Source of the DNA: Armatimonadetes bacterium JP3_11
GTDB lineage: Bacteria > Armatimonadota > Fimbriimonadia > Fimbriimonadales > GBS-DC
Assembly (NCBI GenBank): GCA_002254605.1
Contig: NKPV01000001.1
Coordinates: forward strand, 1 to 58,422
Length of the DNA: 58,422 bases
Direction of reading: 5' to 3'
The first letter of the stretch is position 1. Each line of letters opens with the position of its first letter. The position numbers and the translations under genes are program-made. Shown one piece after another: positions 51,301-58,422 of the stretch. The notes beneath the pieces were generated by a model. The model saw only the letters and a program-made list of their open reading frames with translations. It was not told where the DNA came from and ran no database searches.

Positions 51301-51557
51301 AACGCGGTCCGCTGGTCGGAATCCCCACTGCCGGCGGCGTGATTAGCACAGGACAGCGCAGGTTGATGGACGGCAGCAGCGTGTCTACGCCCGGACGCGG
51401 CTGGTTCACGATTGACAAAGGCATTAATCTGGAAGGCAACGGCGCGGTTCCAGACTACCTCGTGGACTACACTCCCGACGATGAGGCGCAGAATCGCGAC
51501 CCGCAACTGGACAAGGCGATAGAAGTCGTACTCCGAGAACGCAACCGTAGCAGGTAA
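48345..51557 (+). CDS. Tricorn-protease-like S41 peptidase (beta-propellers + PDZ + C-terminal peptidase)
   Basis: Signal peptide MRKYALILASLLCAISVAQS. TolB-like repeats (PSPDGTQIAFSWQGDLW, WSPDGKKIAFTSDR, LAPDGKRLAF, WSADGRTLYFVSER, ...), a PDZ-like region (GERILAIDGKPI) and an S41 core (RYNGGGRTADYLL, ERSFSNAEIFSHAIK). Start ATG 48345. Confidence 0.9.
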   Translation: MRKYALILASLLCAISVAQSVIKFARFPAPSPDGTQIAFSWQGDLWVAPIAGGVAQRLTVHPAYDFAPIWSPDGKKIAFTSDRHGNDDVFVLHLDTGTVQRLTYFSGRDRAYGWTPDSKAVLFESRRESEPYGADFSAYAAPLDGGTPYRLHKASGSPFALAPDGKRLAFVRRDSAWWRKGYKGSAQGDLWLVDRATQRYTRLTDTDTPDTFPMWSADGRTLYFVSERDGTANLYAMDVQTKRVRPLTRFKDDGVRFPQISANGKVITFEQGMEVYRLDTSTGAMSVISLQVPAQDRRAAETVRRTFSANVEDYALASDAKEFVYAVRGELFAARFPDGGPSRNLTETVEPESNPQLAPDGKAVYFDAERDGATHIFKLTSDDPDEPRLRRARKHKLEPLTHSPQGESKPRLSPDGKLLAFQRGQGDLVVMHLETKQEYTLTRSWNLGTIAWSPDSRWIAFDRYDENYNSDVFIVRVPEFETPKPDISSEQAPTQPAPNTTEIGIYNISQHPRNDFAPSWSADGRALVFLSERETDTLNICHVWLRREDFERTRADREDEEDDKHDAPKKEDKKDPVRVAIDFEDIHLRVRLVTRYPAGVQEAVVAPDGEQIAFRSAYQGQADLYTIKWDGSDERRLTTGGLSPESLQWSKDGKTIYFLSRGRLQRIATAGGSPQTTRTDAEITIDLAKEREYLYDAAWRTLNETFYDPNFHGVNWAAMREKYRPYLPYAQADRDFTAVVLMMLGELRASHLSFSLARSETTDAPSNTGMLGVVFGNERDGDGLLIERVLPNTPASRKDVNLQAGERILAIDGKPITRTTNVYQLLDNTVGKRIELRVRGADGNERTVFLRPTTIAEFNNAVYRDWVERNRRYVEERTGGRVGYVHIQAMGEASLREFERDLYAVAYGKEALIIDVRYNGGGRTADYLLAMLHPPHHAYTVGRNGERGYPQDRLPVIGWRQPIAVLCNERSFSNAEIFSHAIKTLKRGPLVGIPTAGGVISTGQRRLMDGSSVSTPGRGWFTIDKGINLEGNGAVPDYLVDYTPDDEAQNRDPQLDKAIEVVLRERNRSR

Positions 51558-51566
51558 ACTCACGCT

Positions 51567-52577
51567 ATGATGCTACAGCGCACATTACCCGAGCCGACGC
51601 CCCGCCAGCTCCCCCGCTGGCGGGGCTTTAACCTGCTCAACAAGTTCAACCAAGAGTGGAGCAACCGCCCGTTTGAGGAGCAGGACTTCGAATGGATTGC
51701 CGAGTTGGGCTTCAACTTCGTGCGCTTGCCGATGGACTATCGCATCTGGACAGACGCCGAGGACCCCTATCGCCTGCGCGAAGCGGAGCTGCGCGAGATC
51801 GACCGCGCCGTGCGCTTCGGCGAAAAATACAAGGTGCATGTGCAGCTCAACTTCCATCGGGCGCCGGGCTACACCGTCGCTGCGCCCCCCGAACCGCTTA
51901 ACCTCTGGAAAGACGAGGAGGCGCAAAAAATCTGCGTGCATCACTGGACGCAGTTCGCCAAACGCTACAAAGGCATCCCCAACCGCCAGCTGAGCTTCAA
52001 TCTGTTCAACGAGCCAGCGGGCGTGGACGCCGAATCGCACCGGAAGGTGGTTGAGCGCGTGGTGGAAGCGATCCGCAAAGAGGATGCGAACCGCTTGATC
52101 GTGTGCGACGGGCGCGACTGGGGGATGACGCCCAACGAGGAATTAGCGACGCTGCAGGTGGCACAGGCGACGCGCGGGTATCAGCCCTTCCGACTGACGC
52201 ACTACCGCGCCGAGTGGGTGCAGGGTTCCGACCGCTGGGAACCGCCCAGTGAATATCCTTTGCGTGAAGGCGATGTCGTCTGGGACAAGCAACGCCTCTG
52301 GGATACCTATTACGCACGCTGGAAGACGCTGGAAAAGAAAGGCGTTGGGGTGATGGTCGGCGAGTTCGGCGCCTATAGACACACCCCGCACAAGGTCGTC
52401 CTCGCATGGATGCGCGACCTGCTGGAACTGTGGAAGCAGGCGAACTGGGGCTGGGCGCTGTGGAACTTCAAGGGCGCTTTCGGCATTCTGGAGAGCGAGC
52501 GTGCCGATGTCGCATACGAAAACTGGCGAGGGCATAAGTTAGACCGCACGATGCTGCGCTTGCTGCAGGAACATTAA
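51567..52577 (+). CDS. Glycoside hydrolase family 5 (cellulase-type), no signal peptide
   Basis: FNFVRLPMDYRIW, acid/base FNLFNEP, nucleophile region VMVGEFGA, and WALWNFKG. Starts 9 nt after the tricorn stop. Confidence 0.85.
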   Translation: MMLQRTLPEPTPRQLPRWRGFNLLNKFNQEWSNRPFEEQDFEWIAELGFNFVRLPMDYRIWTDAEDPYRLREAELREIDRAVRFGEKYKVHVQLNFHRAPGYTVAAPPEPLNLWKDEEAQKICVHHWTQFAKRYKGIPNRQLSFNLFNEPAGVDAESHRKVVERVVEAIRKEDANRLIVCDGRDWGMTPNEELATLQVAQATRGYQPFRLTHYRAEWVQGSDRWEPPSEYPLREGDVVWDKQRLWDTYYARWKTLEKKGVGVMVGEFGAYRHTPHKVVLAWMRDLLELWKQANWGWALWNFKGAFGILESERADVAYENWRGHKLDRTMLRLLQEH

Positions 52578-52603
52578 CGCCTACGCCGAATCGTTTCCCC
52601 CTG

Positions 52604-54589
52604 ATGGCGGTTCAGGACGAATTAGTGAGGGCGCGGCAAACAGCCGAGGAGGTCGCCGCCGAGGAACATAAGTTCCAGGAAGGTTTCACCTTCAGAACCT
52701 TCTTGGGGCTTCTGTTCGTGGCGTTCGTGATGTTGCCCGGCAGCATCTACATGGGGCTGGTCGCGGGCGTCGGCTTGGGCGCCGCGGCGGAGTGGGTGAC
52801 CATCGTATTGTTCGCGGAGGTGATGCGCCGCTCCCTGCAGCCCTTGAAGCGACAGGAGATCTACATGCTCTACTACATCGCGGCGTCGCTGACCGCGATG
52901 GGGCTGTATGGTCTGTCGGGCGGACCGTTGCAGTGGAAAATCTGGGATCAGTTTTTTGTGCAGTCGGCTCCTGCCGCGCCGATTGCGGATCAAGTGCCCC
53001 GCTGGGCGGTTCCCGCGCCCGACTCGCCTGCCCTGCGCGAGCGCACTTTCTTAGACAGCGCGTGGGCGTTGCCTATCTTCCTGCTGATGCTTACCGAGAT
53101 ACTGGGACGCGCCAGCTGGATGAGCATGGGCTACCTGCTGTTTCGGATGACCTCCGATGTGGAGAAGCTCCCGTTCCCTCTGGCGCCCGTGGCGGCGTCA
53201 GGTGCGCTCGCGCTTGCCGAAGCCGGCAGCCGCGAAGAATCGTGGCGCTGGGGCGTGTTCTCCACTGGCGCCGTGGTCGGTATGGGGTTCGGACTGTTCT
53301 ATGTGGGAATCCCCGTGTTCACCGGCACGCTGTTCGGCAACGCGCTGCAACTGATTCCCATCCCGTTTTTGGACTTGACTCAAAATGTGGAGGCGAGCCT
53401 GCCGACCGCGATTGTCGGCGTCTCCATCAACCTCGGCGAGGTGCTGGTGGGCTTCGTGCTGCCCTATCACATCTTGCTGGGCGCGGCGATGAGCTCCGTG
53501 GCGACCTATGTGGTGGCGAACCCGATACTCTATCGTGCGGGGCTCATTCCTAACTGGCAACCGAACTCTCCCGCGCTGCAGACCAAACTTGCCGCCGACT
53601 TAGACTTCTGGCTGGCGATTATTGTCGGCTTGCAACTCGCGGTCGCGGTAATCGGGGTGGGCATGGTCGTGCGCACCATGCGTGAGTACCGCATGAACCA
53701 ATCGCTGCGCTTGCGTGGGCTTGCCCCACCGCCTGGACGCGGCGACCCACCGCTCTGGATCCCCCTTGTGATATGGGGTGTTTCGGTGGTTTCCTATATC
53801 GCGCTCTGCCGCTGGCTGGTGCCCGACTTCCCCCTGTGGATTGTCGCCGGCTTCGGGCTGCTCTGGAGTCCGCTGAACAGTTATGTCTCGGCGCGCATGG
53901 TGGGACTGACGGGGCAGGGGGTCTCCGTGCCGTTTATCAAAGAGGTGGCGATTATTAGCAGTCGCTATCCGCGTGTGGACATCTGGTATGCACCGCTGCC
54001 GCTCTACGACCACGGCTGGTCGGCGCAGCGGTTCCGCGAGGTGGAACTCACGGGCACAAAGTTCACCAGCATCCTGAAGGCGGAGTTGGTGATGTTGCCC
54101 GTGATTTTCGTCGCCAGTTTCCTGTTCTGGGCGTTTTTCTGGAAGGCAAGCCCGATTCCGTCGCCGTTGTTCCCGTTCGCGCAGAAGATGTGGCCCTACT
54201 ACGCGCAGATGGAGGCGGTCTGGAAGCAGATTAACCTCCCACAGAGCCAGATCCGTGATGTGGTGTTGAACGCGCTGAACATCCCGCGCATCCTCATCGG
54301 TTTCGTATCGGGGCTGGGGCTGTTCTGGCTGTTTAACGCTTTCAAGTTCCCGATCCTACTGTTTTACGGGTTGGTGAGCGGCGTGGGGCAGTTGCCCCAC
54401 TTTACGCTGCCGAAGTTGTTAGGAGCGTGGTTAGGGCATCGCTACTTCAAGAAGCGCTACGGTGAGGAGAACTGGGCACGCTACGCCCCCGTGCTCCTGG
54501 CGGGCTTCTTCTGCGGGATGGGGCTGGTGGGGATGTTGGGCATCGCCCTGGCGCTCGTGGCGAAATCGGTATCGGTGCTGCCGTACTGA
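52604..54589 (+). CDS. Large polytopic membrane protein (661 aa, at least 12 predicted TM), putative transporter of unrecognised family
   Basis: Continuous hydrophobic helices with short loops. The N-terminal cytoplasmic stretch is MAVQDELVRARQTAEEVAAEEHKFQEG. I see no diagnostic MFS, ABC or OPT motif. Confidence 0.6.
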   Translation: MAVQDELVRARQTAEEVAAEEHKFQEGFTFRTFLGLLFVAFVMLPGSIYMGLVAGVGLGAAAEWVTIVLFAEVMRRSLQPLKRQEIYMLYYIAASLTAMGLYGLSGGPLQWKIWDQFFVQSAPAAPIADQVPRWAVPAPDSPALRERTFLDSAWALPIFLLMLTEILGRASWMSMGYLLFRMTSDVEKLPFPLAPVAASGALALAEAGSREESWRWGVFSTGAVVGMGFGLFYVGIPVFTGTLFGNALQLIPIPFLDLTQNVEASLPTAIVGVSINLGEVLVGFVLPYHILLGAAMSSVATYVVANPILYRAGLIPNWQPNSPALQTKLAADLDFWLAIIVGLQLAVAVIGVGMVVRTMREYRMNQSLRLRGLAPPPGRGDPPLWIPLVIWGVSVVSYIALCRWLVPDFPLWIVAGFGLLWSPLNSYVSARMVGLTGQGVSVPFIKEVAIISSRYPRVDIWYAPLPLYDHGWSAQRFREVELTGTKFTSILKAELVMLPVIFVASFLFWAFFWKASPIPSPLFPFAQKMWPYYAQMEAVWKQINLPQSQIRDVVLNALNIPRILIGFVSGLGLFWLFNAFKFPILLFYGLVSGVGQLPHFTLPKLLGAWLGHRYFKKRYGEENWARYAPVLLAGFFCGMGLVGMLGIALALVAKSVSVLPY

Positions 54590-54621
54590 GCGATGCCCAA
54601 CGGGAGTTCAGCACGGCGCGT

Positions 54622-57477
54622 TTACCCGCACCCGAACGACATCCCGCAGTTATAACACTGATAGCAGGCGCCCGAGCGCACCATAATCATCCCGCAGTTG
54701 GGGCAGGGCGGCGCGTCCTGCTGCAGCCGTACCAGTTTCGACCAGTCCGTGGTCTTCGCGCCCTGCCCTTGGGGGAAGTCGGTCGCACCTGTGCCCCCTT
54801 GCACTCCTGTGAGCGGTTCAGGGGTTGTGCCCACGCTGTTCTCATGCAGCGATTCCGTCGGCGCGGGTTGCCCCTGCAAAAACTTCAACGCGAGCCAGCG
54901 GAAGATGTAGTCCACGATCGAGGTGGCGACGGGGATTTGCGGATTGTTCGTGAAGCCGCTCGGCTGGAAGCGTGTGTAGGAGAACTTTTCCACAAGTTTC
55001 TCCAGCGGCACGCCGTACTGCAAGGCGAGCGAGATCGCGGTCGCGAAGGCGTCCATCAGTCCCGAAATCACCGAGCCTTCCTTCGCCATCGTGAGGAAAA
55101 TCTCGCCCGGCGCGCCGTCTTCGTACATGCCGACGGTGATGTAGCCTTCGTGTCCCGCCACACTAAACTTGTGGGTGATGCTACGGCGTTCGTCGGGCAG
55201 GCGTCGGCGCACGAGGCGTTCGCCTTCGGCTTGGGCGTGCTCTTCGGGCTTCTTTGTGGAGAGCGGTTGCGTGCGCTTGCTGCCATCGCGGTAAATCGCA
55301 ATCGCCTTCAGCCCCAGCTTCCACGCCTCTAAATAAATCTGCTCAATGTCTTCGGGCGTGGCGTCGTTGGGAACATTCACCGTTTTGGAGATTGCCCCCG
55401 ACAGGAACGGCTGCACCGCCGCCATCATCTTCACATGCGCCATAGGCTCAAGGCTGCGCACGCCTTTGGCGGGGCGAAATGCGCAGTCGAACACGGGCAG
55501 GTGTTCCGGCTTCAAATAGGGCGCGCCTTCAATCGTGTCGTTTTCGTCGATGTAGCGCGTGATGGCTTCTATCTCCTCGCTACTGTAGCCCAGCCGTTGC
55601 AACGCCAGTGGAACCGTGGTGTTCACGATTTTGAGCAACCCACCGCCGACTAAGGTTTTATATTTCACCAGCGCGATGTCGGGTTCGATGCCCGTTGTAT
55701 CGCAGTCCATCAGGAACGCAATCGTGCCCGTGGGCGCCAGCACGGTGACCTGCGCATTCCGATAGCCATAGTTCTCGCCCAGTTGCAGCGTTTCGTGCCA
55801 AACATCGCCCGCGGTTTCCAGCAGTTGGGAGGGGACATACTGCGCTTGGATGCCGTTCAGCGCGTCGGCGTGCATGCGCATCACTTCCAGCATCGGCTCA
55901 CGGTTGAGTTCAAACGCAGGGAACGGACCGCCGCAATCTCGCGCGATGAGGGCGGACTGCCGATACGCCTCGCCATGCATCAGCGCGGTAATCGCCGCGG
56001 CATAGGCGCGCCCCGCGTCGCTGTCGTAGGGCAAGCCCAACGACATTAAAAGCGCTCCCAAGTTCGCATAGCCCAGCCCCAACGGGCGAAAGTTGTGACT
56101 ATTGTCGGCGATTTTCTCGGTCGGATACGCCGAGTTGTCTACGATAATCTCCTGCGCCGTGATAAAGATGCGCACCGCCGCACGAAAGGCGTCGATATCG
56201 AACTCGCCATTCGGCAGTCGGAACTTCATGAGGTTCAAACTGGCTAAGTTGCACGAGGTATCGTTGAGGAAAACGAACTCGGAGCAGGGGTTGCTGGCTT
56301 CAATTTCACCGCTGTTTTTCACGGTGTGCCAGCGGTTGGTGGTGTCGTGGAACTGCAAGCCGGGGTCGCCGCACACCCACGCGGCTTCTGCGATTTTGCG
56401 GAACAGGTCGCGGGCGCGATAAGTTTCCACCACTTCGCCCGTGGTGCGGGCGATGGTGTGCCATGCGCGGTCTTCCTCAACGGCACGCATAAATTCGTCC
56501 GTCACGCGCACGCTGTGGTTGGCGTTCTGGAAGTAGACCGAGTCGTATGCGCCGCCGGGCACATTGAAGCCGGGGTCATAGCCTGCTTCTATCAGCGCCC
56601 ACGCCTTCTTTTCCTCTTTTGCCTTGCACTCGATGAACTCCACAATGTCGGGATGGTCGATGTTCAATATCACCATTTTGGCGGCGCGGCGCGTTTTGCC
56701 GCCGCTTTTAATCACCCCCGCGAAAGCGTCGAACCCGCGCATAAACGACACAGGACCCGACGCGCGCCCCCCGCCCGATAGGTACTCCTGCGAGCCACGC
56801 AGCCTCGAAAGATTCGAACCCGACCCCGAGCCGAACTTGAATATCATGCCCTCGGTTTTGGCGAGCTCTAAGATGGACTCCATCGTATCTTCAACGGAGA
56901 CGATAAAGCATGCCGAGCATTGGCTGCGTGGTTCGATGCCGACATTGAACCAGACAGGGCTATTGAACGCGCCGTATTGGTGGATCAGGAGATATTTGAG
57001 CTCATCGCGGAACGCTTCGGCGTCGGCTTCGGTGGCGAAATAGTTCATTTGGCGTCCCCACTCGGTGAGGGTGTCCACCACGCGCCCGACGACCTGTTTC
57101 ACGCTGGTCTCGCGTTCGGGGGTGCCCAGCTGCCCCCGAAAATATTTAGAAACCACCACATTCGTAGCGAGTTGGCTCCAGAAGGCGGGCACTTCCACAT
57201 CGGTCTGTTCGAACACCACGCGCCCGCGTTCATCGGTGATGATGGCAGTGCGCCGCTCCCACTCTACCGTGTCAAACGGGTCGATCCCTGGCGTTGTGAA
57301 CCGCCGTTCGAGGGTCAGTCCTGGTCCTATATTGATGGAATCGAACTTCTCGCGCGGGATAAAGCCATAGCGCAGGGCAGTGCCGCTGGGCTTGGGACGT
57401 GTGGGGTGTTCACGCGTCTCTACGATTGCGCCGTTCGACACGCTCTCTATCTCCAAAATGCCTTCTTGCGGGTTCAT
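54622..57477 (-). CDS. nrdJ: Adenosylcobalamin-dependent (class II) ribonucleotide reductase NrdJ
   Basis: 951 aa. RNR barrel blocks (SACFIVSVEDTMESI, ASNPCSEFVFLNDTSCNLASLNL, GLGYANLG) and a C-terminal Cys-rich zinc ribbon CPNCG...CYQCYNCG. Confidence 0.95.
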   Translation of the reverse strand: MNPQEGILEIESVSNGAIVETREHPTRPKPSGTALRYGFIPREKFDSINIGPGLTLERRFTTPGIDPFDTVEWERRTAIITDERGRVVFEQTDVEVPAFWSQLATNVVVSKYFRGQLGTPERETSVKQVVGRVVDTLTEWGRQMNYFATEADAEAFRDELKYLLIHQYGAFNSPVWFNVGIEPRSQCSACFIVSVEDTMESILELAKTEGMIFKFGSGSGSNLSRLRGSQEYLSGGGRASGPVSFMRGFDAFAGVIKSGGKTRRAAKMVILNIDHPDIVEFIECKAKEEKKAWALIEAGYDPGFNVPGGAYDSVYFQNANHSVRVTDEFMRAVEEDRAWHTIARTTGEVVETYRARDLFRKIAEAAWVCGDPGLQFHDTTNRWHTVKNSGEIEASNPCSEFVFLNDTSCNLASLNLMKFRLPNGEFDIDAFRAAVRIFITAQEIIVDNSAYPTEKIADNSHNFRPLGLGYANLGALLMSLGLPYDSDAGRAYAAAITALMHGEAYRQSALIARDCGGPFPAFELNREPMLEVMRMHADALNGIQAQYVPSQLLETAGDVWHETLQLGENYGYRNAQVTVLAPTGTIAFLMDCDTTGIEPDIALVKYKTLVGGGLLKIVNTTVPLALQRLGYSSEEIEAITRYIDENDTIEGAPYLKPEHLPVFDCAFRPAKGVRSLEPMAHVKMMAAVQPFLSGAISKTVNVPNDATPEDIEQIYLEAWKLGLKAIAIYRDGSKRTQPLSTKKPEEHAQAEGERLVRRRLPDERRSITHKFSVAGHEGYITVGMYEDGAPGEIFLTMAKEGSVISGLMDAFATAISLALQYGVPLEKLVEKFSYTRFQPSGFTNNPQIPVATSIVDYIFRWLALKFLQGQPAPTESLHENSVGTTPEPLTGVQGGTGATDFPQGQGAKTTDWSKLVRLQQDAPPCPNCGMIMVRSGACYQCYNCGMSFGCG

Positions 57478-57486
57478 CGTCGCCTC

Positions 57487-57960
57487 CTATTCGCTACGGG
57501 TGCGTTTCTGTTGGCGCGTGAGCATCTGCACCACACGGCTGAACTGCTGAGGGTCTTCAAACTCTTCATAGACCGATGCAAAGCGCACATAGGCGACGGG
57601 GTCTAACTGGAGCAGTTTTTCCATCACCATGCGCCCGATTTCCGTGCTGCTGATTTCCGACTCGTCGCGGTTCTGGATTTCTTGCTCAATCTCGTCGACG
57701 GCTTTTTCCAACACATCCATACTAATCGGGCGTTTGCGGCAGGCGACCACCATGCCCTGCAGGATTTTGTTGCGGTCAAACGGTTCGCGTCGCCCATCTT
57801 TTTTGACGACCATCAGGGGGCGCTCTTCGTAGCGTTCGAAGGTAGTGTAGCGTTTACCGCACTTGAGGCATTCGCGTCGCCTTCGGATGACTGCGCCGCC
57901 TTGGGAAGGGCGCGAGTCTACTACATGGTCTTCGTCCACGCCACAGTAGGGACATCGCAT
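57487..57960 (-). CDS. nrdR: Transcriptional repressor NrdR
   Basis: MRCPYCGVDEDHVVDSRPSQGGAVIRRRRECLKCGKRYTTFE (zinc ribbon) plus an ATP-cone. 9 nt upstream of nrdJ, so an nrdR-nrdJ operon. Confidence 0.95.
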   Translation of the reverse strand: MRCPYCGVDEDHVVDSRPSQGGAVIRRRRECLKCGKRYTTFERYEERPLMVVKKDGRREPFDRNKILQGMVVACRKRPISMDVLEKAVDEIEQEIQNRDESEISSTEIGRMVMEKLLQLDPVAYVRFASVYEEFEDPQQFSRVVQMLTRQQKRTRSE

Positions 57961-58029
57961 CGTCTCGCCTCACTCCGCCATATGTCTGTAAGGGCAACCT
58001 TTTTGCCCCTACATCTTGTGGCTGCCTAT

Positions 58030-58058
58030 ATTATAGCATATGGAGACGCCTTTGTCAA
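58030..58058 (-). promoter_or_regulatory. Consensus sigma-70 promoter of nrdR-nrdJ (TTGACA-N17-TATAAT)
   Basis: On the minus strand, TTGACA (58058-58053), a 17-nt spacer and TATAAT (58035-58030). The predicted TSS near 58023 gives a leader of about 60 nt with a GGAG-type SD. Confidence 0.65.
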
Positions 58059-58220
58059 GGGGGTTGGAGGGTGTTCGAAAAAACACCTAAAAGCCCTCAC
58101 CCCCCTACCCCCTCTTCCCCCATCGTGGGCGAGGGGGAGCCGTCCCCACCAGCGTCTGTTCTGGTTCCGAGTCGCGTTTCGCGGGTTGCAGGCAAGGAAT
58201 GCACTGTTGCTGCACAGCAC

Positions 58221-58422
58221 ATTCCCCCTCCCCCACTGCGTGGGAGAGGGGCAAGGGGTGAGGGGCATCAACACCCCTCCCCCACGCGGCAAGAGAGGGG
58301 CAAGGGGTGAGGGGCATCAACACCCCTCCCCCACGCAGTGGGAGAGGGGACGGGGGTGAGGGCAGATAATCACGCGGTGAGAGGGACAAGGGGTGAGGGG
58401 CATCAACACCCCTCCCCCACGC
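58221..58422. repeat. Tandem array of GC-rich hairpin repeats (36-nt core, 3 exact copies and at least 1 degenerate copy), truncated by the window edge
   Basis: CAAGGGGTGAGGGGCATCAACACCCCTCCCCCACGC occurs exactly at 58252-58287, 58301-58336 and 58387-58422. A degenerate copy lies at 58337-58375. Each copy is preceded by a (G)TGGGAGAGGGG-like linker and folds as GGGG(T)GAGGGG / CCCCTCCCCC with loop CATCAACA. Related degenerate elements lie at about 58098-58147. Confidence 0.85.

Noticed and set aside
48624-51563. Long minus-strand ORFs 48624-49640 (338 aa) and 50271-51563 (430 aa).
   Set aside because: Both lie entirely antisense within the tricorn-like protease gene. Their composition is Ala/Gly/Arg/Val/His-rich with no motifs. 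These are typical shadow ORFs of a GC-rich coding region.
57974-57989. Second NrdR box exactly 32 bp from the candidate box at 58006-58021.
   Set aside because: The spacing is right and a CATATG palindrome is centred there. In the correct register, however, the 16-mer ACAGACATATGGCGGA matches only about 5 of 16 consensus positions. This is not convincing without a PWM or footprinting.
57682-58389. ORFs of 225, 88, 79 and 94 aa across the right-end repeat region.
   Set aside because: Their sequences (…GEGQGVRGINTPPPRGKRGARGEGHQHPSPT…) are direct translations of the tandem GC-rich repeat in several frames and on both strands. They have no start context.
58221-58422. Possible CRISPR array (regularly spaced 36-nt exact repeats).
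   Set aside because: The gaps between exact copies are 13 nt and 50 nt, and the latter is itself a degenerate repeat. The 'spacers' are variants of one G-rich linker and there are no cas genes. This is a tandem hairpin repeat, not a CRISPR array.

Overview
This is a GC-rich (roughly 60%) bacterial chromosomal segment, densely coding on both strands. It holds about 50 protein genes and 3 intact tRNAs (Ala-GGC, Lys-CUU, His-GUG). There is no rRNA, no CRISPR and no intact mobile element.

Most genes are housekeeping: an EF-G paralogue (5' partial), lepA, sufCB, purEK, hslU, nrdR-nrdJ, recO, metY, rimI, a polyprenyl synthase with ubiE/menG, ccmE-ccmF and dsbD. These are interleaved with envelope and secreted functions typical of Armatimonadota/PVC-type genomes (an inference from gene content only): prepilin-type DUF1559 proteins, PSCyt-DUF1549-DUF1553, DUF1080, a TAT-signal Gfo/Idh/MocA oxidoreductase, a PEP-CTERM protein, a tricorn-like protease and a GH5 enzyme.

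I found no convincing multi-gene novel system and no defence-island signature. The observations most worth a second look are:
- A recurrent TA(T/C)AAT box 6-10 nt upstream of nine start codons that lack a Shine-Dalgarno (SD) motif, suggesting a leaderless gene class.
- An integration scar at 33.85-34.25 kb: a tRNA-Thr 3' fragment, a 63-codon integrase stub and tRNA-Ala.
- A CxxxY-type CcmE next to CcmF with no CcmH (variant System I).
- An orphan M.TaqI-like N6-adenine methyltransferase.
- A heavily decayed IS5-family transposase, followed by an uncharacterised module with a small ORF carrying a G11 tract, just upstream of the tricorn-like protease.
- A GC-rich hairpin repeat family seen at 2.04 kb and as a tandem array running off the right edge.
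- An isolated flhF.
- A J-like protein without HPD, translationally coupled to a beta-barrel-like protein.

All family assignments come from motif recognition by eye. No searches were run.
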